Below, in pieces: positions 26,263 through 35,666 of a stretch of DNA of 64,000 nt; position 1 is the first letter of the stretch, and each line of letters opens with the position of its first letter. Origin of the DNA: a virus. Lineage: Duplodnaviria > Caudoviricetes. The notes beneath the pieces were generated by a model. That model did no database searches and was not told the DNA's origin. It saw only the letters and a program-made list of their open reading frames with translations. Position numbers and translations under genes: made by a program. The DNA lies in the IMG/VR virus record IMGVR_UViG_2887723448_000002, positions 3,151 to 67,150 of that record; one strand, 5' to 3'.

Positions 26263-28260
26263 TTAGGCCGGCTGGACGGTGACGTTGACGGTCGATCCGC
26301 CTTGCAGCGAGATCACGAATACACGGACGATCGACAGGTACTTGACCTTGACGAGGGTTTGCATCAAACCCAGCGCCACTTGCGGGTCCGGATTGTTTGC
26401 TCCGTTCGTCTGCACCGAGAATGGAATCGACTTCGGGTTGTTGACGTCGCCGATGTACTGCAGCGTCGGGTTCTTCCAGAGGTTCATCAGGAAGCCGGTA
26501 ATGGCGTCGTTCACTTCGCCGCGGAGGTCTGTCGTCTGCGGATTGCCCACGACCCAGCCGAAGTTCGACGCCAGCGTCAGCGCCAGGAAGTTCGTCATGG
26601 TCGTGTACGCCTCACTGTTCGTCGCGGCGAACGAGGACGTATTCATGTCCGTCTGGAACGAGAAGTAATTGCCTCCCGGCGACGGGTTTGCGAGGTAATC
26701 GACGCGACCCTGCGTTGCTGCGAGCGCTTCGGGGCTCGAGTACACCAGACTCTGAATGGAGCGCTGCGTGCCGATGATGCCGTTGACCGGCTTGTTGAGC
26801 GTCGACTGGTTAGGCGAAAGGTTCGCGCGCATCGGCGCCCAGAACGTGGCCGGCCCGAGCAGGCGTTGCACGCCGTTGACCGTATCGTTCCAATACACCC
26901 AGTCGCCGACCAGATCCTTGAAGCTGTAGTTGTCGACGCCGGCCGTGGCGAGGTTCGCCGCGACCGTAGCGATCGACTGGCCCGGCGAACCCTGGCCGGC
27001 ACCGAAGATGCCGTACGTGATGCCGAACTGCGCCATCGTAGACCACTGGGACGAGGTCGAGTGGTCGACTAGATTCATCGTCAGCACGCCGGCGTTTTGT
27101 AGGGCAGACATGCCTGTCGGTGGCGTCGTGTTCGCGCCGACCAGCGTTGCATCGGTCACGCCGGCTGCGCCATCCGTACCGCCGCTGAATGCGGTCGTCG
27201 CCAACGCAGGAGCTGCAGCCGAAGTGCCGAGCGTTGCGACCACGTACTGCGACGGGCCGCGCACGCCGGACTGGCCGTTATTGATAGCGCTGACGAGGTT
27301 GGTCCAGCAGCCGGTTCCGAGGGTGTACGCGCCGCCCGTGCCAGCGCCACCGCCTGAGAGCGTCGCGGTGGCCGAGGTATAGCCTGCGCCGGGCTGAATC
27401 ACGGCCGGAGCGCCGAGACCCCATACGAGGTTGATGATCGCGCCCGCACCGACGCCGGAGGTCTGGATGGGAACGTTGCCTGCTGTCGGGGCCGAGCCGC
27501 CGCCGAGTGAGCCGGCGTTCGTGACGGACAGCGCGGTAATGACACCGGCCGATGCAGTGGCCGTCAGCACAACGCCATTCGCAAGCGTGAGCGTGTCACC
27601 AGTCACGTAACCAGTGCCGCCCGTTGCGCCTCCACCCGTGACATTGGCCGACAGCACCTTGAGCGTGGCCTGCATAACAGCCTGCGTGCCGCCAGCGGTC
27701 TGCGGAGCCGAGACCGCGACGCTCGGAACTGAGGTGTAGCCGGTGCCCGGCGTGGTCGAGCCAGGGATAATGCCGACACCCAGGTTGTCGTACACCTCCG
27801 ACGTGAAGCCGGGAAGCGCGACCGTGCACTTGAAAGTGTTCGGTTTCGTGCCGGCCGCTGGCGTAGCGGTTAGGCCATTTCCCACGACGCCCGTATAGAA
27901 GCCGGTCAGGGTGGCGCCCGTCGTGCCCGAGCCGTCCTTGAGTGCGCAGGTTGCGGCAGTATCGCTGCCGTCAGTCACGCGAACCGTCGTGTTGTTCGTT
28001 TGCTTGAGACCAAAGGCAACCGCGATCGCAGTGGCGAGATCGGATTTACGCACAGTGACAGGGCCAAGCATCAGCGCAGCCATTTGCGGCGATCCGACCG
28101 GCACCGGGCTATTGACCGGGCCCCACGAGGCGACGCCGACGTGCCCGAGACCGTTGGTCGATACGCCAGCGACGACCGCGGGTGGCGCGACGACTTGCGT
28201 GTAGACGCCCGGGGCGAGCGTGCCGGCCAAATTGAGCTGGTCAAATTGAAAAATGGGCAT
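26263..28260 (-). CDS. contractile tail sheath protein
   Basis: N-terminal LAPGVYTQ, GVASWGPVNSP, C-terminal VKVKYLSIVRVFVISL; Gly-rich GxGYT insert. Confidence 0.85.
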   Translation of the reverse strand: MPIFQFDQLNLAGTLAPGVYTQVVAPPAVVAGVSTNGLGHVGVASWGPVNSPVPVGSPQMAALMLGPVTVRKSDLATAIAVAFGLKQTNNTTVRVTDGSDTAATCALKDGSGTTGATLTGFYTGVVGNGLTATPAAGTKPNTFKCTVALPGFTSEVYDNLGVGIIPGSTTPGTGYTSVPSVAVSAPQTAGGTQAVMQATLKVLSANVTGGGATGGTGYVTGDTLTLANGVVLTATASAGVITALSVTNAGSLGGGSAPTAGNVPIQTSGVGAGAIINLVWGLGAPAVIQPGAGYTSATATLSGGGAGTGGAYTLGTGCWTNLVSAINNGQSGVRGPSQYVVATLGTSAAAPALATTAFSGGTDGAAGVTDATLVGANTTPPTGMSALQNAGVLTMNLVDHSTSSQWSTMAQFGITYGIFGAGQGSPGQSIATVAANLATAGVDNYSFKDLVGDWVYWNDTVNGVQRLLGPATFWAPMRANLSPNQSTLNKPVNGIIGTQRSIQSLVYSSPEALAATQGRVDYLANPSPGGNYFSFQTDMNTSSFAATNSEAYTTMTNFLALTLASNFGWVVGNPQTTDLRGEVNDAITGFLMNLWKNPTLQYIGDVNNPKSIPFSVQTNGANNPDPQVALGLMQTLVKVKYLSIVRVFVISLQGGSTVNVTVQPA

Positions 28261-28319
28261 CTACGAGCTCCAAACGAAAAAAGCGCCCGTAGGCGCCTTT
28301 GAAGGAATGAGAAAGTGGG

Positions 28320-28490
28320 TTACTGCGGGAAGGTCTTGCGACAGAAGTGCGCGTTTTCGCCAGCCATCACCGCGGCGATCTCTGCCGCATCCGTGATTTG
28401 CTTGCCGCGTGCGTAGTCGCCAAACGGATGCACCACGATCAGGTTGAAATCGGGCTTGCCCGGAGCGACCGGCAGTTTCTCGTCAGCCAT
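28320..28490 (-). CDS. small hypothetical virion protein (56 aa)
   Basis: GGAG SD; hand translation MADEKLPVAPGKPDFNLIVVHPFGDYARGKQITD... Confidence 0.6.
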   Translation of the reverse strand: MADEKLPVAPGKPDFNLIVVHPFGDYARGKQITDAAEIAAVMAGENAHFCRKTFPQ

Positions 28491-28499
28491 TGCGGCTCC

Positions 28500-29342
28500 T
28501 TAATATGTGCGCGAGGCGATCACATCGCCCTGCATGTCTTCGAAAATTACTTGAGCAGCCACGACCGTTGCGACTGTCTGGCTTACCGTCGTTGCGTACT
28601 CGACGCAGTAGAACAAGTCATGCCGGTACAGCTTTTCCTTCTGCATCGAATCCAGAGGGATGCTGCGCTGGTACTTGATGTTTGCCCCAAAGCCATCGGC
28701 CATCGTCAGATCGTGGATCTGCGAGAGTGCATTGCGGATCGTGCTGCCGATCGCCTTACGCGAGGCCGGATCGTTCGCCCACACGATGATCTGAAAGGAC
28801 TGTTCCTGCCGCTCCCATTCGGTCGTCACGGTGCCGGTCGTGCCGACGCGTGCCGCGGTGACGCTTACGCCAGCGGGCAGCGTGATAACCGGCCCTGCGC
28901 TCGTCGTGCCGGGATATTTCGCCGCGATGAGCGTTGCCAGCCCCGTTGCGATGCTCGTCAGCGTGTCATTCGACTGCGCGGGGTAGATAAACGCGACCCC
29001 CGCAATCAGTGCGGCCACGTTGTGCGGCGTGAACGGCGAGGGCATTGCGCCGCCGACCGTCAGTTTTGAGCCTGCTGACGTCAACGTGATCGTCGCGGGC
29101 TTGATCGACATCACATGCTGTTTCGGGGCGTAGCGCGTCGTGTTGCGCTCTTCCGGTCGCGGGTAGACGGTGATGTGCGCTTTGCCGATTCTCAGGTCGT
29201 CATCGAGTTGCGATTCGGTTGGCCATCCCGGATATACCTTGCAAACATTCCCGACAATCGATGGTTGACCGGTTCCGTTCGGATAAAGCGCCGAGTTCAC
29301 ACGCCCAGCCAGCACATCAGCAACATCCCATACGCTTGCCAT
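28500..29342 (-). CDS. tail terminator / neck protein
   Basis: Position before the sheath; VYPGWP and FQIIVWA patterns. Confidence 0.65.
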   Translation of the reverse strand: MASVWDVADVLAGRVNSALYPNGTGQPSIVGNVCKVYPGWPTESQLDDDLRIGKAHITVYPRPEERNTTRYAPKQHVMSIKPATITLTSAGSKLTVGGAMPSPFTPHNVAALIAGVAFIYPAQSNDTLTSIATGLATLIAAKYPGTTSAGPVITLPAGVSVTAARVGTTGTVTTEWERQEQSFQIIVWANDPASRKAIGSTIRNALSQIHDLTMADGFGANIKYQRSIPLDSMQKEKLYRHDLFYCVEYATTVSQTVATVVAAQVIFEDMQGDVIASRTY

Positions 29343-29354
29343 CGGGCATCTCTC

Positions 29355-29996
29355 TCATGTCTGAGCCTGCTGCGAAGTGCACCGCCACCCCAAATCCGTG
29401 AGTTCAGCGCTCGAGATCACATAGCGGCGATCCAGATCATCCGTGATGATGTCCGCGGTGCGCAGGTTGACGCCCAGGAAAGCCGGGAAAAGCATCTGCC
29501 ACCAAGGATTGCGCACGTCACCAGGCAAATTCACTTCGCCCTTCTCACCCTTCGTGCCCTGAAGCACCGAAGCAGGCCAGCCCGTCATCAACGGCGTCTC
29601 GTTTGCATCCGTGTCGCCACCATATCCGAGCAAACCTTCGCCCGTTTGTTGCTGCGGGCGAAGCACATTGATCGTGCGATTACAGTCGACCGCCAGAATC
29701 GGCAGGATCGGCTGCATCGCAGCGATGAAAAACGTCTGCGAATCGTTGATCAGGTAGTCACCGACCTGGGTTTGCGTGCCGTCGACCAGACAGAACCACG
29801 TCGGCTTGCCGTACTTGTTCGGCCGGCCGTAGGTCATGTCCTCGGCGTTGAAACTGGCGTTCAGCGAGGCGACAGGTCCGTACTGAAACGGGTTGATAGG
29901 CGATGAGGGGCGGTATAGGTCGAAGACAGGGCCGATGCGGAGGGCCGCCTTGCCATACCCGGCATATACCTTCTGCTGAAGCTTGGTGGAGTCCAA
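29355..29996 (-). CDS. head closure / neck protein
   Basis: Position; C-terminal ADIITDDLDRRYVISSAELTDLGWR typical of head-tail joining proteins. Confidence 0.65.
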   Translation of the reverse strand: MDSTKLQQKVYAGYGKAALRIGPVFDLYRPSSPINPFQYGPVASLNASFNAEDMTYGRPNKYGKPTWFCLVDGTQTQVGDYLINDSQTFFIAAMQPILPILAVDCNRTINVLRPQQQTGEGLLGYGGDTDANETPLMTGWPASVLQGTKGEKGEVNLPGDVRNPWWQMLFPAFLGVNLRTADIITDDLDRRYVISSAELTDLGWRCTSQQAQT

Positions 29997-29998
29997 TT

Positions 29999-30394
29999 TC
30001 AGCCCCGCACTAGCGAGATGCCGCCGTTACCGAGCCCCGGACCCGGTGCGAACCCGATAAACCCGCACATGCGACGGCGCCACGAATCGAACAGCCGATC
30101 GCGGTCAGCCAGTTCGCGCGCGTTGTGTTTCCAGACCGCGGCTTGATCGGTATCGAGGTTGGCGCTCACTGCGGGAATTGCCGTCTCAAGCGCGTAGAGA
30201 TTCGTCAGATACGTGTTGATGAGGACGGATTCCTCGCTCGCGGAAAGCGTCGTCAATCGCGCGTACAGCGACATGATGACCATCCCGAAGCGGCCATAGA
30301 CGAGATCCTGACTGCCCGTAATAGGCATTGTTGTACCGACGAGCTGATAACCCATGAATCGGCGCACGTCCGTCATTTGGGCATCAGTCAACAT
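29999..30394 (-). CDS. head-tail adaptor protein
   Basis: MLTDAQMTDVRRFMGY start; first conserved gene after the coat gene. Confidence 0.65.
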   Translation of the reverse strand: MLTDAQMTDVRRFMGYQLVGTTMPITGSQDLVYGRFGMVIMSLYARLTTLSASEESVLINTYLTNLYALETAIPAVSANLDTDQAAVWKHNARELADRDRLFDSWRRRMCGFIGFAPGPGLGNGGISLVRG

Positions 30395-30395
30395 T

Positions 30396-30587
30396 TCACT
30401 TGTCCGTTTTCTTCGTGTATTTACGCTTTGCGGGTACCTCGCCAGCCGGCTCGCCGTCCGACGTTTCGGATGCGGCTTCCTCAAACACTTCGTGATCTTC
30501 GGTCAAGTCCGACTCGTTGATCACGATGTAGCCATGCGGGTTATCGTCTGAAACTGGCGACGCCACTTTTACTGTCGGACATTCCAT
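30396..30587 (-). CDS. small hypothetical protein after the coat gene
   Basis: GGAG SD; TVKV...GYIVINESD...HE pattern with a basic tail. Confidence 0.6.
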   Translation of the reverse strand: MECPTVKVASPVSDDNPHGYIVINESDLTEDHEVFEEAASETSDGEPAGEVPAKRKYTKKTDK

Positions 30588-30641
30588 GGAAGCTCCAATA
30601 GAAAAGGGCGGCCAAAAAAGCGCCGCCCCGATACCGCCAGT

Positions 30642-31913
30642 TTATCCAAGCAACGTGGCGATGTGATTGCTCTTGATCGCCTGTGTGCCCCAAGCCAAGC
30701 GAACATGGTAGACAAGTTGCATGAACTGGCGATACACGGCCACGTCGAACACCAGACCGCTAACCGGGTCCGTGATCTGCGCCACGTCGTCGGCCATATC
30801 CATCGCCTTGCCATCCGGACCGACCGGCATTTTCGGCGCGCGCGTGATCAACTGAATCGCGGAGCGGCTGAAGCCGATGTTCGGGGTTGCAGTCGCGCCG
30901 ACCGTCGCAGCGGTTGCCGACGTGGCGATAGCGACTTTCAGGCCCGGCGCCGCGATGGTGATCGCGCCCGGAGCAGCAATGCCCCCCGTCACGACGTATT
31001 TGTTCGTGTCGCCCGCGAACGTGACCGTATCGCCAGCCAGCACAGTGCCCGTACCGGTGATCAGGTTGATCATGGTCGCGCCGACAGCATAACCAGCGGT
31101 GTCGGTCGTGTAGCTCGCACCCGTACCCTTCGTGACTGCCTGAATGGCGTTCGAGTTGTGGAGCATCTGGCCTTCCAACTCGCCGATAACGCCGCGGCGC
31201 AGGAGTTCGTCCGTGCCCGCTTCGTTCACCTTGAACAGCACGTTCTGCTTACCACGCAGGTTCGCGATTGCAGCCGAGCCAAGCACCAGTTGCAGATCGG
31301 TTTGCGGCGCGCCGTTGTCGTCCAGGATCTTGCGCTGCTGGGCGATGTCCGACAGATCACCAGCAACGCCGAACGGTGCTGTGCCGGGCGTACCGTAAGC
31401 GCGCGAGGCGTTCTGATACGCGGTCGTGAACAGATCCACTTCGACTGCGTTACAGATCGTGCGGAACGCTTGCGCGAACTGATTCATCAGCAGGCCGCCG
31501 TAACTGCCGGCGTTGATCAGGCCCGTTTGCTCTTCGCCGTTCCAGCGAATCGGGTAGTGCTTCGACTTGCTGATCGTCATCGTGACGTTGCCAACCGTTT
31601 CGTCGCCTTCGTTCGGCGCAGTAACAGCAGGCGTGTTGTCGGCCAAGCTGGCTTGCGGCGCGATCGGGATCATGATCGTCTGGTTGAGAGCCGCGCGTTC
31701 GCCCGAGCTATTGCGGGAGACCGCGGGGATGAAGCCGACCTGTTCGCGCGAAACGACATCGAGCGCTTCGTAAATGGTCGGAATCAGGCCAGTCAGGGTA
31801 TTGGCGCCGAGAACGAGGCCTTGGCGCGCCATGAAGTCGAACAGATGAGCATGCGCGATCAGCGCATAGGCATGAATGCGCAACTTGGCTTTGGAAAGGA
31901 AAGACGTTTTCAC
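30642..31913 (-). CDS. major capsid protein, P22 coat-like
   Basis: ANTLTGLIPTIYEALDVVSRE, FAQAFRTICNAVEVDL, RKILDDNGAP; follows the scaffold gene; GTG start with an AGGA SD. Confidence 0.85.
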   Translation of the reverse strand: MKTSFLSKAKLRIHAYALIAHAHLFDFMARQGLVLGANTLTGLIPTIYEALDVVSREQVGFIPAVSRNSSGERAALNQTIMIPIAPQASLADNTPAVTAPNEGDETVGNVTMTISKSKHYPIRWNGEEQTGLINAGSYGGLLMNQFAQAFRTICNAVEVDLFTTAYQNASRAYGTPGTAPFGVAGDLSDIAQQRKILDDNGAPQTDLQLVLGSAAIANLRGKQNVLFKVNEAGTDELLRRGVIGELEGQMLHNSNAIQAVTKGTGASYTTDTAGYAVGATMINLITGTGTVLAGDTVTFAGDTNKYVVTGGIAAPGAITIAAPGLKVAIATSATAATVGATATPNIGFSRSAIQLITRAPKMPVGPDGKAMDMADDVAQITDPVSGLVFDVAVYRQFMQLVYHVRLAWGTQAIKSNHIATLLG

Positions 31914-31995
31914 AGGAATTAATCCTATAGGTGAGTGAAGTGAATTAGCGAAACAGGTAGGCCATCCAGCCCGAAGCGCCTTTCCTCATCCAAGG
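31914..31995 (-). promoter_or_regulatory. GGAU-tetraloop hairpins in the coat gene leader
   Basis: mRNA sense CCUU-GGAU-GAGG (31984-31995) and GGCU-GGAU-GGCC (31960-31971); a third GGAU forms the SD (31922-31925). Confidence 0.6.
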
Positions 31996-32025
31996 TCTGG
32001 CTATGGGTAATGCGGTAATGCGTGT

Positions 32026-32835
32026 TCAATCGGCGAGCGATGCTTTGCCGGTTCTCACTTCAGCAGCAACAGAGGCCTGCCTGGCGGGGTCGAAGGCATT
32101 GAATTCGGCGCGCGAATAGGCTTTCTTGCCCCCCGAGCCGGCGCCACCGCTCGCACCCGAACCGCTCGCACCCGAACCTTTCATGATCTGGTCGCGATGC
32201 GGGTAGCTTTCAACGAGCGTTTCAAGCGCTTCATCGAAGTTGGCGAGTTCGCCGATGCGCGTGCGGGAGAAAATCTTGTTGCCAGTGGCGTCATAGGCCA
32301 CCGTCTTGCCGTCCTCGATCTTGAATGCGCGACCGAAGGCGGCCTTGGCCATGTCGCCCGGGATTGCCAACTTCTCGGCGATAAACTTCGAGCGGTCGAA
32401 ACTGCCGCCGATCTTTTCGTCGTAAAGCTGGTTTTGCAGCGTGTCGCGCTCACCCTTGGTCTTGGCGAGTTCGGAGACGAACTGCTTGTTGGCTGCCTCG
32501 ACCTGTTCTTCCGCTGTGCGCCTCGCTGCTGCCTTGATTTCCTCGACCTTGCCGGCCGCGATCAGGTCGCCGTCCTTGATGTTCTTCACGGTCTCGAGCG
32601 CTTTGCGTGCTGCTTCAGCGTCCTCGATGCCTTCGAACGCTTTTGCGATCTTCTCGGCTGCTTCTGCGCGCTCGCGATGACCCTTTGCCTCGCCATTGAG
32701 GCGCGTAATCGTGCCGATCGTGCCGTCCCCGTCGAAGGGTGATTCTTTGCCGTCCGCGTGAACGAAAACGGGCAACTTCGAACCGTTGACCTCCTGAACA
32801 ACAATGCGACCTTCAGCGTCGTACTTAAATGGCAT
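32026..32835 (-). CDS. capsid scaffolding protein
   Basis: Between portal and coat; coiled-coil core, EKIGGSFDRSKFI, Gly-rich linker, basic C-terminal helix. Confidence 0.8.
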   Translation of the reverse strand: MPFKYDAEGRIVVQEVNGSKLPVFVHADGKESPFDGDGTIGTITRLNGEAKGHRERAEAAEKIAKAFEGIEDAEAARKALETVKNIKDGDLIAAGKVEEIKAAARRTAEEQVEAANKQFVSELAKTKGERDTLQNQLYDEKIGGSFDRSKFIAEKLAIPGDMAKAAFGRAFKIEDGKTVAYDATGNKIFSRTRIGELANFDEALETLVESYPHRDQIMKGSGASGSGASGGAGSGGKKAYSRAEFNAFDPARQASVAAEVRTGKASLAD

Positions 32836-32846
32836 GGTGTTTCCCT

Positions 32847-32908
32847 GGTCATCCGACCGTTTTGCGAGCCATCCGGCTCAAGACGCCGTGCCTATCCAGG
32901 CGAGCGGC
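32847..32908 (-). promoter_or_regulatory. three GGAU-tetraloop hairpins in the scaffold gene leader
   Basis: mRNA sense GCCU-GGAU-AGGC, GAGCC-GGAU-GGCUC and GGUC-GGAU-GACC immediately before the SD. Confidence 0.65.
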
Positions 32909-32911
32909 AAT

Positions 32912-32945
32912 AAAAAAGCCGCAGGACCGTGAGGCCGTGCGGCTT
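32912..32945 (-). terminator. intrinsic terminator between portal and scaffold
   Basis: AAGCCGCA...TGCGGCTT stem with a U6 run on the - strand. Confidence 0.6.
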
Positions 32946-32965
32946 GCGACTGCATATGAAGCGAA

Positions 32966-34363
32966 TTACGTGTCTTTGATCTGAACCTGGGCGGCCGTAA
33001 CCTTGACGGCGTTCTGCTTGATGCGCAACTTCTCGTCTTCCCACTTGCGCTCTGGACTGATCACGCCGCGGCGCTGCGCCTCGGCAAAGAGTGACTCATC
33101 TGAGAATGTGCCGTCGACGTTCATGTCGCGCAGCAGCTCAAGGGATGCCTCAGCTAGGGATGCAACACCGAAATCGTTGAATATCTCGATGTGGCCGCCT
33201 TCGGGCTCCTTCACCCATTCAGCGGCCAGTGCGAGCGCCGCGTCAGTCGCGTCCTCCAGATCCTGGATGATCCGCTGCAGCGTGCACATACCGGCTTCGT
33301 TGTCGGCAACCGTGTGCGCGACGGTCATGTTGCCGGGCTTGATCACCAGCAACTCGGCGCCAACCTGGCGCATACGGTCTTCGAGGGCCAGTAACTCGTC
33401 AGATCCGGCTTTGATTGCCTGCCCGGTATGCTCGACGAATTTCAGATCACCTTCCGGATCATCCGACTTCACTGCAGTTGCGGCGCCGACCGTGATCGGG
33501 TTGTCGCCAAGCATCTTCGCGAACAGGATTGGCACACGCGCAATGTGCAGGATCGTCTGTTGATCAGATTTGCTCTGCCAGTGCTCCACGTTCATGTGGG
33601 CGAGCTCGACGAGGGGCGGCGCAGCCTGCATGAAACCAGTTCGTCGTCCATACACCGGCACGAATGGGATTTTCTGCAGAGTGGTCTCGCCTTCGTCATA
33701 CAGAACCCAGTCTTTCTTGCCTGATGCATCGGCTTTTTCGGACTCACGCCAGACCTGCCACCTGCCAGGGTATAGCACGCGAACCTGCTCAACCTCTTTC
33801 TCGCCGAATTCGCCATCCGGCTCAGAGACGACCTCGAGGAACCGGAATTGCGTTAGCGTCTGGACACCGTTAATCCGTTCCGCGCGCCAGCCAAGAATGC
33901 TTTGGGCGTGAATGTGGACGAAGTAGGGGCGCACGCCGGCCGCGACTTCCTCGGCTTTTGTGCGCAGGGCGCCTGCATTCGGGAAATCGACCAGAATGCC
34001 GCACATACCGTATGAAATCACATGAAAACAGACGGCCGCGGCGAACGCATGCAGGTTATGCCCCTGCAGATCAATGTCGTCGCACCACTCAACAATGCGC
34101 GGCGGAACATCTTCTCCCAGCGTGACTGGCTTCGAAAACGGCTTCCCAGTCAAAACCTCACAAGTGCGCCCGAAGGCAGGGAAAAGCGTGGCCGTCTTCA
34201 CGCGGTTGGCGTAGGCGTCGTCGTCCTCGTTGGGCCACTGAGGCAGATAGGTTGATCCAGCCTTGCGCATGGCCGTCGTACCACCAAGCAGCGCTGCGAC
34301 GATCGGATAGTCTTCCGCCATCGTCTCGACTGCAGGCGTTTGATCTCGTACGGTCGATGTCAT
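32966..34363 (-). CDS. portal protein (DUF4055-like)
   Basis: Follows TerL; GGTTAMRKAG.TYLP, RPYFVHI, PPLVELAHMN, VPILF motifs. Confidence 0.88.
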   Translation of the reverse strand: MTSTVRDQTPAVETMAEDYPIVAALLGGTTAMRKAGSTYLPQWPNEDDDAYANRVKTATLFPAFGRTCEVLTGKPFSKPVTLGEDVPPRIVEWCDDIDLQGHNLHAFAAAVCFHVISYGMCGILVDFPNAGALRTKAEEVAAGVRPYFVHIHAQSILGWRAERINGVQTLTQFRFLEVVSEPDGEFGEKEVEQVRVLYPGRWQVWRESEKADASGKKDWVLYDEGETTLQKIPFVPVYGRRTGFMQAAPPLVELAHMNVEHWQSKSDQQTILHIARVPILFAKMLGDNPITVGAATAVKSDDPEGDLKFVEHTGQAIKAGSDELLALEDRMRQVGAELLVIKPGNMTVAHTVADNEAGMCTLQRIIQDLEDATDAALALAAEWVKEPEGGHIEIFNDFGVASLAEASLELLRDMNVDGTFSDESLFAEAQRRGVISPERKWEDEKLRIKQNAVKVTAAQVQIKDT

Positions 34364-34379
34364 GCGGGTTTGGCTCTTG

Positions 34380-35666
34380 CTAGGCGTTGAGGCTGGTTAC
34401 GGTGGCGGTGCGCTTGACGATCGGCCACCGCTTCACGATGAAATAGCCGTTGGCGTCGTTCGGGTGGTCATGGCCGCTCGTCTTGTCGGGCTTGCCATCG
34501 GGCGCCCAAACCTGCTGCTCGAGCGCCTCGGTCGTAACCGGGCAGGCATCCGTGTTGATGAGAAAGCGGCGCTCACCAGCGGCATTCAGGATCATCGCGC
34601 TGTAGGCGTTGACCCGATCTTTCACCGCTGGATTGGCTGGGTTCACTTCGACCTTGAATCCGGCTTGCTTGAGAATCGACAGGTCTGATTCGCTGGCATT
34701 CTTGCTTGTCGTATTGCCGCCCGATGCGTCGGGGTAGATCACGACTTGATGCCCTGCGTCGACAAAGTCTTCCTTCAGAATCTTCGCCATTGCCGGCGTG
34801 TCGCGCACCTTCACGCGCTCCGCAAGCGTCCTCGGCAAGCCGTTGCGGACCACATTGACTGTGGCCGTCATGTTCAGGACGTTGAAGTCCAGCCCGACGT
34901 GAAGCGTTTCTCTCGGCGCGATCGTCTCAGCCGTGTGATTCAGCTTTCGATCGAAGTCGGCATAGACGCTTCCGCTTGCCAGATTCACGAACTGGCCTTT
35001 CAGGTACGCCTCGATCAGCTGCGGAGGGTAATCCTCTCGTAGCGTCTCAACGTAGTCATCAGGCAGAAACGGATTCGATTCCGTCTCGGCCTGGATCATC
35101 TCGTAGCCGGGCTTCGGACTCTTCGCCCACTTCTCGTAGACGAAATTGAAGCCTTCCGGCGTCGTGTAAACCGATACGCGGTTATACGGGTTCTTGATGC
35201 CTCGCGGCTTCTGCCGATTCCGCGCGATGATCTTTCGCCACGCCAGAGTAGCCAGCGCTTTCTTCAGCGTGTCGATCTCATCCACATGAGACCGGTAGGC
35301 CTCGTAACCGATGATGCGCGCTGGATTCTCAAGCGTGCGCATCACGAAGTCGCCGCAACTCGGCGAGCTCACGTAGATGATGTTTTCCTGCTTGTTGTAC
35401 TTGTAGCGCAGTCCGAGGTCAGTGAGCTTCTCTTCCATCCGAGGCGCCAGGATTAGGCGCACGAGGTCGTATGTTGGCTCGTAGAGGGCGATCAGTGCAT
35501 TCGGGCCGTCCAGTGCATCGCGGATCGCGCAATTCGCGAGCGTCTCCGTCTTCCCTGCTCCGAACCCGCCAACGAATGCGGGGAACTTGCAATCCTTCTG
35601 GAAGAACCTAGCCTGCGGGTCCGTCATCTGAAGGGTTAGTGTTCTTCCTTCCACCGATGACCTCAA
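34380..35666 (-). CDS. terL: terminase large subunit (start uncertain)
   Basis: Walker A FVGGFGAGKT, Walker B SHVDE, nuclease motifs GLDFN and HDHPNDA. Confidence 0.92.
   Translation of the reverse strand: MRSSVEGRTLTLQMTDPQARFFQKDCKFPAFVGGFGAGKTETLANCAIRDALDGPNALIALYEPTYDLVRLILAPRMEEKLTDLGLRYKYNKQENIIYVSSPSCGDFVMRTLENPARIIGYEAYRSHVDEIDTLKKALATLAWRKIIARNRQKPRGIKNPYNRVSVYTTPEGFNFVYEKWAKSPKPGYEMIQAETESNPFLPDDYVETLREDYPPQLIEAYLKGQFVNLASGSVYADFDRKLNHTAETIAPRETLHVGLDFNVLNMTATVNVVRNGLPRTLAERVKVRDTPAMAKILKEDFVDAGHQVVIYPDASGGNTTSKNASESDLSILKQAGFKVEVNPANPAVKDRVNAYSAMILNAAGERRFLINTDACPVTTEALEQQVWAPDGKPDKTSGHDHPNDANGYFIVKRWPIVKRTATVTSLNA

Noticed and set aside
27150-27800. Gly-rich GxGYT insert in the sheath as a foreign domain or intein
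   Set aside because: No intein or splice motifs; such surface inserts are common in sheath proteins.
30663-31922. 419-aa + strand ORF opposite the coat gene
   Set aside because: Antisense shadow of a GC-rich conserved gene; no SD or recognisable motif.
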